Origin: an archaeon
GTDB taxonomy: Archaea; Nanobdellota; Nanobdellia; Pacearchaeales; GW2011-AR1
Direction: 5' to 3'
NCBI GenBank assembly: GCA_009992175.1
Contig: JAACWA010000011.1
Location: forward strand, 1-42,119
Length of the DNA: 42,119 bases
Made by a program: the position numbers and the translations under genes. The notes below the pieces were generated by a model, which saw only the letters and a program-made list of their open reading frames with translations, did no database searches and was not told where the DNA came from. Positions 38,735 to 42,119 of this stretch are shown here, piece after piece; position 1 is the first letter of the stretch, and each line of letters opens with the position of its first letter.

Positions 38735-38905
38735 TTATCCTCCCCTAAAAATTCCTTTTAATCCATCTAAAACGGAAATCCCCTTTCCCTTTAAGAAAAA
38801 AATTGAAATCATTAAAACAGTAAGGATAGCAAGAGAAATTAAAATCCATGGAAGATACTCTGAAACAATTCCTTTTTTACCAAAAAATCTCCTCTTTCTA
38901 TTCAT
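38735..38905 (-). CDS. 56-aa pilin-like microprotein (not in ORF track)
   Basis: MNRKRRFFGKKG/IVSEYLPWILISLAILTVLMISIFFLKGKG... Confidence 0.75.
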   Translation of the reverse strand: MNRKRRFFGKKGIVSEYLPWILISLAILTVLMISIFFLKGKGISVLDGLKGIFRGG

Positions 38906-38948
38906 AAAATTAAGAAGTTAAATGGATTTAATAAAGATTACTAAAACC

Positions 38949-41099
38949 TTATCCTAGTAAACCACTAAGCACAGTTCCACTTAAAATTGAAAGGGCAAGA
39001 ACACTTAAAAGTGCAACAATGAAATAAAGAATCATTCCTTTCTTTAAATTAATTCCAATTTTATTTGTCATTTCTAATTTGTCTTCCCCTGAATCAATTG
39101 TTACAAGTGTTGAAGTTAAAATAAAAATTATTTCAATTAAATAAATTCCAACAGAAATTTGTAAAAAATATGGAGGAATCATGTCCTTATATTTAAAAAT
39201 ATCAACCAAATTTCCAATGGAACCTAAACTACTTGCCCCCACCCCGGAGAGGTCAGCAACATTTAACATCCCCAAAATTGAAGTAATCATCGCTGCAAGA
39301 CCAACAACAATTCCTGAAAGAAGAGGAGCTAAAAAAGTCATATTACTTTTCATGTCACTAGTAATTTCTGCGAGTAAATCTCTTAACCTCATCGTAATCT
39401 TATCTAAATTTTTTATATATTCAGAAATACTCATTAAACTCACAGCTGCAATTTTTAATCCTTTTTTACTTGATTCAATTAAAACCCTCATTGAAGTTGA
39501 AATCAAATCCGAGGGGAAAAATCTTATTGCTCCCCTAGTTTTGTCAAAGATTGCTTTTTCGACACTCATTCCCATTTGTCGAATATTATAATTTACTTTT
39601 CCAAAAAATTCTCCAGTCATAAGGCCTCTATTTGATTCTGCAACTTTACCAAAAACCAATTCCGGAGGAACTCCATTTCCAAGTCTATTCCCCAATTGAA
39701 ATAATGAATTATTGAATTCACTCTCAAGTTCTTTTGTTTTCTTTCTCTCTTTAATTAAATCTTTTGTTTTTTCTTTATACGCGATTGAAAAATAAAGAGC
39801 AATTGAAATTGGAAAAAGCATTCCTAAAAGAAGTGCTCCAAGTCCAAAGGGACCTTTAACTCCCGTAGGAGTTTCAATAAAATCAAAAAAGTTTCCATTT
39901 CCTAAAAAACTAAGTCCAACTTGACTAAAAGAAAAATCTTTTGCAATTCCGAGTGATTCTGGAATAGGTGTAAACTGAAAGATTAAGGGAATTAAACTTA
40001 AAATTATGAATGGCAATACTATCCAAAAAGCTTTTCTGTAGGGGGCACTACTTTTATACTTAGGATAAAGAGGATTTTTTTCAAGCAAAGTTGTTTCTCC
40101 ATATCCTCCTGGACGCATATTCAAAACTTTATCTGTTAAGTAATAAACCATAAAAGGAACAATTAAGTTAAACAAAATAAAAACATGAACATAAGTTAAA
40201 ATTCCTCCAATCATTGCTGAAGCAAGAGGAATTAAAGCTAAACCTAAAGTGGGTAAAACTACTCCCAACATATACACATTTGTTAATGGACTTCTAACCG
40301 AATGACTAAATTTAAGCATCTTCTCATAAACTCCATCAAGAACAACTTGTAATCCTTTTTCTAAAGTTGAAATACGACGTGAAGAATCTGGTTCAAATAA
40401 ACTAGATTCAATTAAGTGAAAACCTTCAATAAATTCTGTAGAATATCCTCTCCAACTTTCTAAGTAGTGATCTAAACTTTCTTTAATTGTGGAATATTTC
40501 CCTATTTCAACATTATAGAATATTTTTTTGAAATCAAGTGCAAGAGGATATTGTAAATGTTCTGATGCAAACTGAATTGCTTTTTCTAAATTGGGAGTGT
40601 GTCTCATATAAACCACAATATAAAGAATTGCAGGTACCATTTGACTTGATGCCTTAAGCCTCCATTTGTTAGCAAGTCTCTCAGGATATTGATTCAAAAA
40701 ATAAAAAAGAAAAATTGAAAAAATAACCATTAAAAAAAAGAAAAGAAAAGGAAACTCACTTCCAATTAAAGTTACACCAACTGAAAACAAAAGTCCAATT
40801 AAAAAAACTGCTAAAAATGCAGTAACTGAAAGCCCTATCGCTTGCCAAGGTTCAACAGAAAGGTGAGCAGATTCTAAACTTTTAACAATTTTCTCTTCAT
40901 CTTTTTTAGAAGGTTTTATATGAATAAAATTTCCAAGGCTGTTAGCCCATCTTTCATAAGTTGTATACTCTCTTGAAATTTCTCCCTTAAATTTGTCATA
41001 TGAACTACTGTAATCACTAACACTACCAGAAGAATTCATTTGACCTTCTATTTTAGCTCCATATTTTTTCAAAACCTCATCTACACTTTCTCTTTTCAA
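38949..41099 (-). CDS. Type IV pilus/T2SS platform membrane protein (TadC/FlaJ-like, two T2SS-F-like domains)
   Basis: Two cytoplasmic domains (MRHTPNLEKAI..A; LFQLGNRLGNGVPPE) each followed by TM helices; TTG start with GAGGTG Shine-Dalgarno; adjacent to the pilin array. Confidence 0.78.
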   Translation of the reverse strand: MKRESVDEVLKKYGAKIEGQMNSSGSVSDYSSSYDKFKGEISREYTTYERWANSLGNFIHIKPSKKDEEKIVKSLESAHLSVEPWQAIGLSVTAFLAVFLIGLLFSVGVTLIGSEFPFLFFFLMVIFSIFLFYFLNQYPERLANKWRLKASSQMVPAILYIVVYMRHTPNLEKAIQFASEHLQYPLALDFKKIFYNVEIGKYSTIKESLDHYLESWRGYSTEFIEGFHLIESSLFEPDSSRRISTLEKGLQVVLDGVYEKMLKFSHSVRSPLTNVYMLGVVLPTLGLALIPLASAMIGGILTYVHVFILFNLIVPFMVYYLTDKVLNMRPGGYGETTLLEKNPLYPKYKSSAPYRKAFWIVLPFIILSLIPLIFQFTPIPESLGIAKDFSFSQVGLSFLGNGNFFDFIETPTGVKGPFGLGALLLGMLFPISIALYFSIAYKEKTKDLIKERKKTKELESEFNNSLFQLGNRLGNGVPPELVFGKVAESNRGLMTGEFFGKVNYNIRQMGMSVEKAIFDKTRGAIRFFPSDLISTSMRVLIESSKKGLKIAAVSLMSISEYIKNLDKITMRLRDLLAEITSDMKSNMTFLAPLLSGIVVGLAAMITSILGMLNVADLSGVGASSLGSIGNLVDIFKYKDMIPPYFLQISVGIYLIEIIFILTSTLVTIDSGEDKLEMTNKIGINLKKGMILYFIVALLSVLALSILSGTVLSGLLG

Positions 41100-41159
41100 A
41101 ATTGCTCACCTCTGAAATAACAGTTAAAAATAATTAATAAATGTTTAGAAAACCAAGTT

Positions 41160-42080
41160 TTACGGAGAAGGGTTTGTGGCATTATCTCCTAAAATACATT
41201 TTCTATAATTAACAGAGCCAAGAGAAACAATATTTAGAATTCTACACCCTATAGATTTGAAGAGTCCTGTTTGGGTGTCTATTTGAGCTCCTAAACCAAT
41301 ACAAATTCCATTTGAACATTGATTACTAGAACACTCATAATTATTTTGACATTTGATTAAAACATCTTTAACTCCCTCTTTTTGGGGTTTTACAGTCCCA
41401 TCAATATCACAATAAGCATTAATTGTATCTGCAACTCTTCCTAGAGCAGTATAGGTTAAAGTGAGACGAATATAACTGTTCTCATAATTTTCAGAATCAT
41501 AAAAAACTTCATCAACAAAGAAACTTAAGTTTGTGATTTCATTTTGCCATCCTTCAACATTCACTTTAACTGTATCTCCCTTAACAAAAGTATAGTTCTG
41601 GTTCCCCCAATCTTTAACATTAAATTTCACAACTCCCTTTGGAGAAATAGAAAAACTGACTCCTTCGTCTTGAGTATCATTTATTCTTAAAGTTACAGAT
41701 TGTTTTCCATCTTGTAATTCAAGATTCCATCCAATTTGACTCTCAAACCTAAATCCATAAGGGATACACCTGTTATCTCCAATTGCATTACTTTCAAACC
41801 ACTTTGGAACCAAACATCCAGAACAAATTCCTGGATTACAAGAAATCTGACTCTTTATTTCTTGATTTTCACAACCATAATCTTTACAAGTTTGAGTTTG
41901 ATATCCATATTCTGGACAAATAGTAGGTTCAGTTATACAAATCCATTGAGGACTACAAAAATCTTGAGGAATTTCAGAAGGACAAATATTTATTGAATTA
42001 AAAACTTGATTCGAAAAAAGCCATTCAAGATCGAAATGTTTCCAATCTAAATATTTGGCTCGATTGTCTTCTAAAGAATA
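41160..42080 (-). CDS. 3' part of a Cys-rich extracellular protein, 5' end missing or interrupted
   Basis: CP.YGYQTQTC.D.GC and CQNNYECSSNQCSNGIC motifs; no signal peptide in the window; the frame runs into an IS-like end. Confidence 0.75.
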   Translation of the reverse strand, partial: YSLEDNRAKYLDWKHFDLEWLFSNQVFNSINICPSEIPQDFCSPQWICITEPTICPEYGYQTQTCKDYGCENQEIKSQISCNPGICSGCLVPKWFESNAIGDNRCIPYGFRFESQIGWNLELQDGKQSVTLRINDTQDEGVSFSISPKGVVKFNVKDWGNQNYTFVKGDTVKVNVEGWQNEITNLSFFVDEVFYDSENYENSYIRLTLTYTALGRVADTINAYCDIDGTVKPQKEGVKDVLIKCQNNYECSSNQCSNGICIGLGAQIDTQTGLFKSIGCRILNIVSLGSVNYRKCILGDNATNPSP

Positions 42081-42119
42081 TGACGTCCTCCGCACCCTGA
42101 AGGTTTGATGCTTCGCATC
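42081..42119 (-). mobile_element. Probable right end of an IS200/IS605-type (TnpB) element or derived MITE
   Basis: The minus strand reads GATGCGAAGCATCAAACCTTCAGGGTGCGGAGGACGTCA: GC-rich, with hairpins GATGC-GAA-GCATC and CCT-TC-AGG, resembling the GAAGC...CCTTCAGG...GGAGGATGTCA right-end pattern. Confidence 0.5.

Noticed and set aside
33657-41099. Archaellum operon
   Set aside because: No archaellin-like N-terminal consensus and no FlaH/FlaI in the window
42081-42095. GTG start at 42095 for the 311-aa ORF
   Set aside because: It falls inside the IS-like end, and no signal peptide follows

Overview
AT-rich archaeal chromosomal segment, most consistent with a reduced-genome DPANN lineage (Pacearchaeota/Woesearchaeota-like; the lineage is inferred from gene content and style). 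It carries archaeal housekeeping genes (rpl44e, rps3ae, rps15, aIF2-alpha, EF-1beta, nop10, SRP54, FtsY, GINS, GAN/RecJ-like DHH nuclease, RPA, RadA, Bud32, ApgM, NDK, family-4 UDG, MinD-like ATPase), two tRNAs (Thr-UGU, Gln-UUG) and a thiol-redox set (Trx, VKOR, CcdA, DipZ-like). The main accessory features are: (i) a bacterial-type MltD lytic transglycosylase-LysM lipoprotein in a cell that should lack peptidoglycan; (ii) a full-length RelA/SpoT homologue with an eroded hydrolase site; (iii) a type IV pilus-like locus with a prepilin peptidase, a TadC/FlaJ-like platform protein and about nine class III signal-peptide or pilin-like genes, one with a Gly-zipper membrane segment and one with an 8x18-bp repeat in its leader; (iv) a >1750-aa secreted Cys-rich protein missed by the ORF track at the left edge; and (v) a probable IS200/IS605-type right end at the right edge, interrupting a secreted-protein gene. 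All assignments come from reading motifs by eye; no searches were run.
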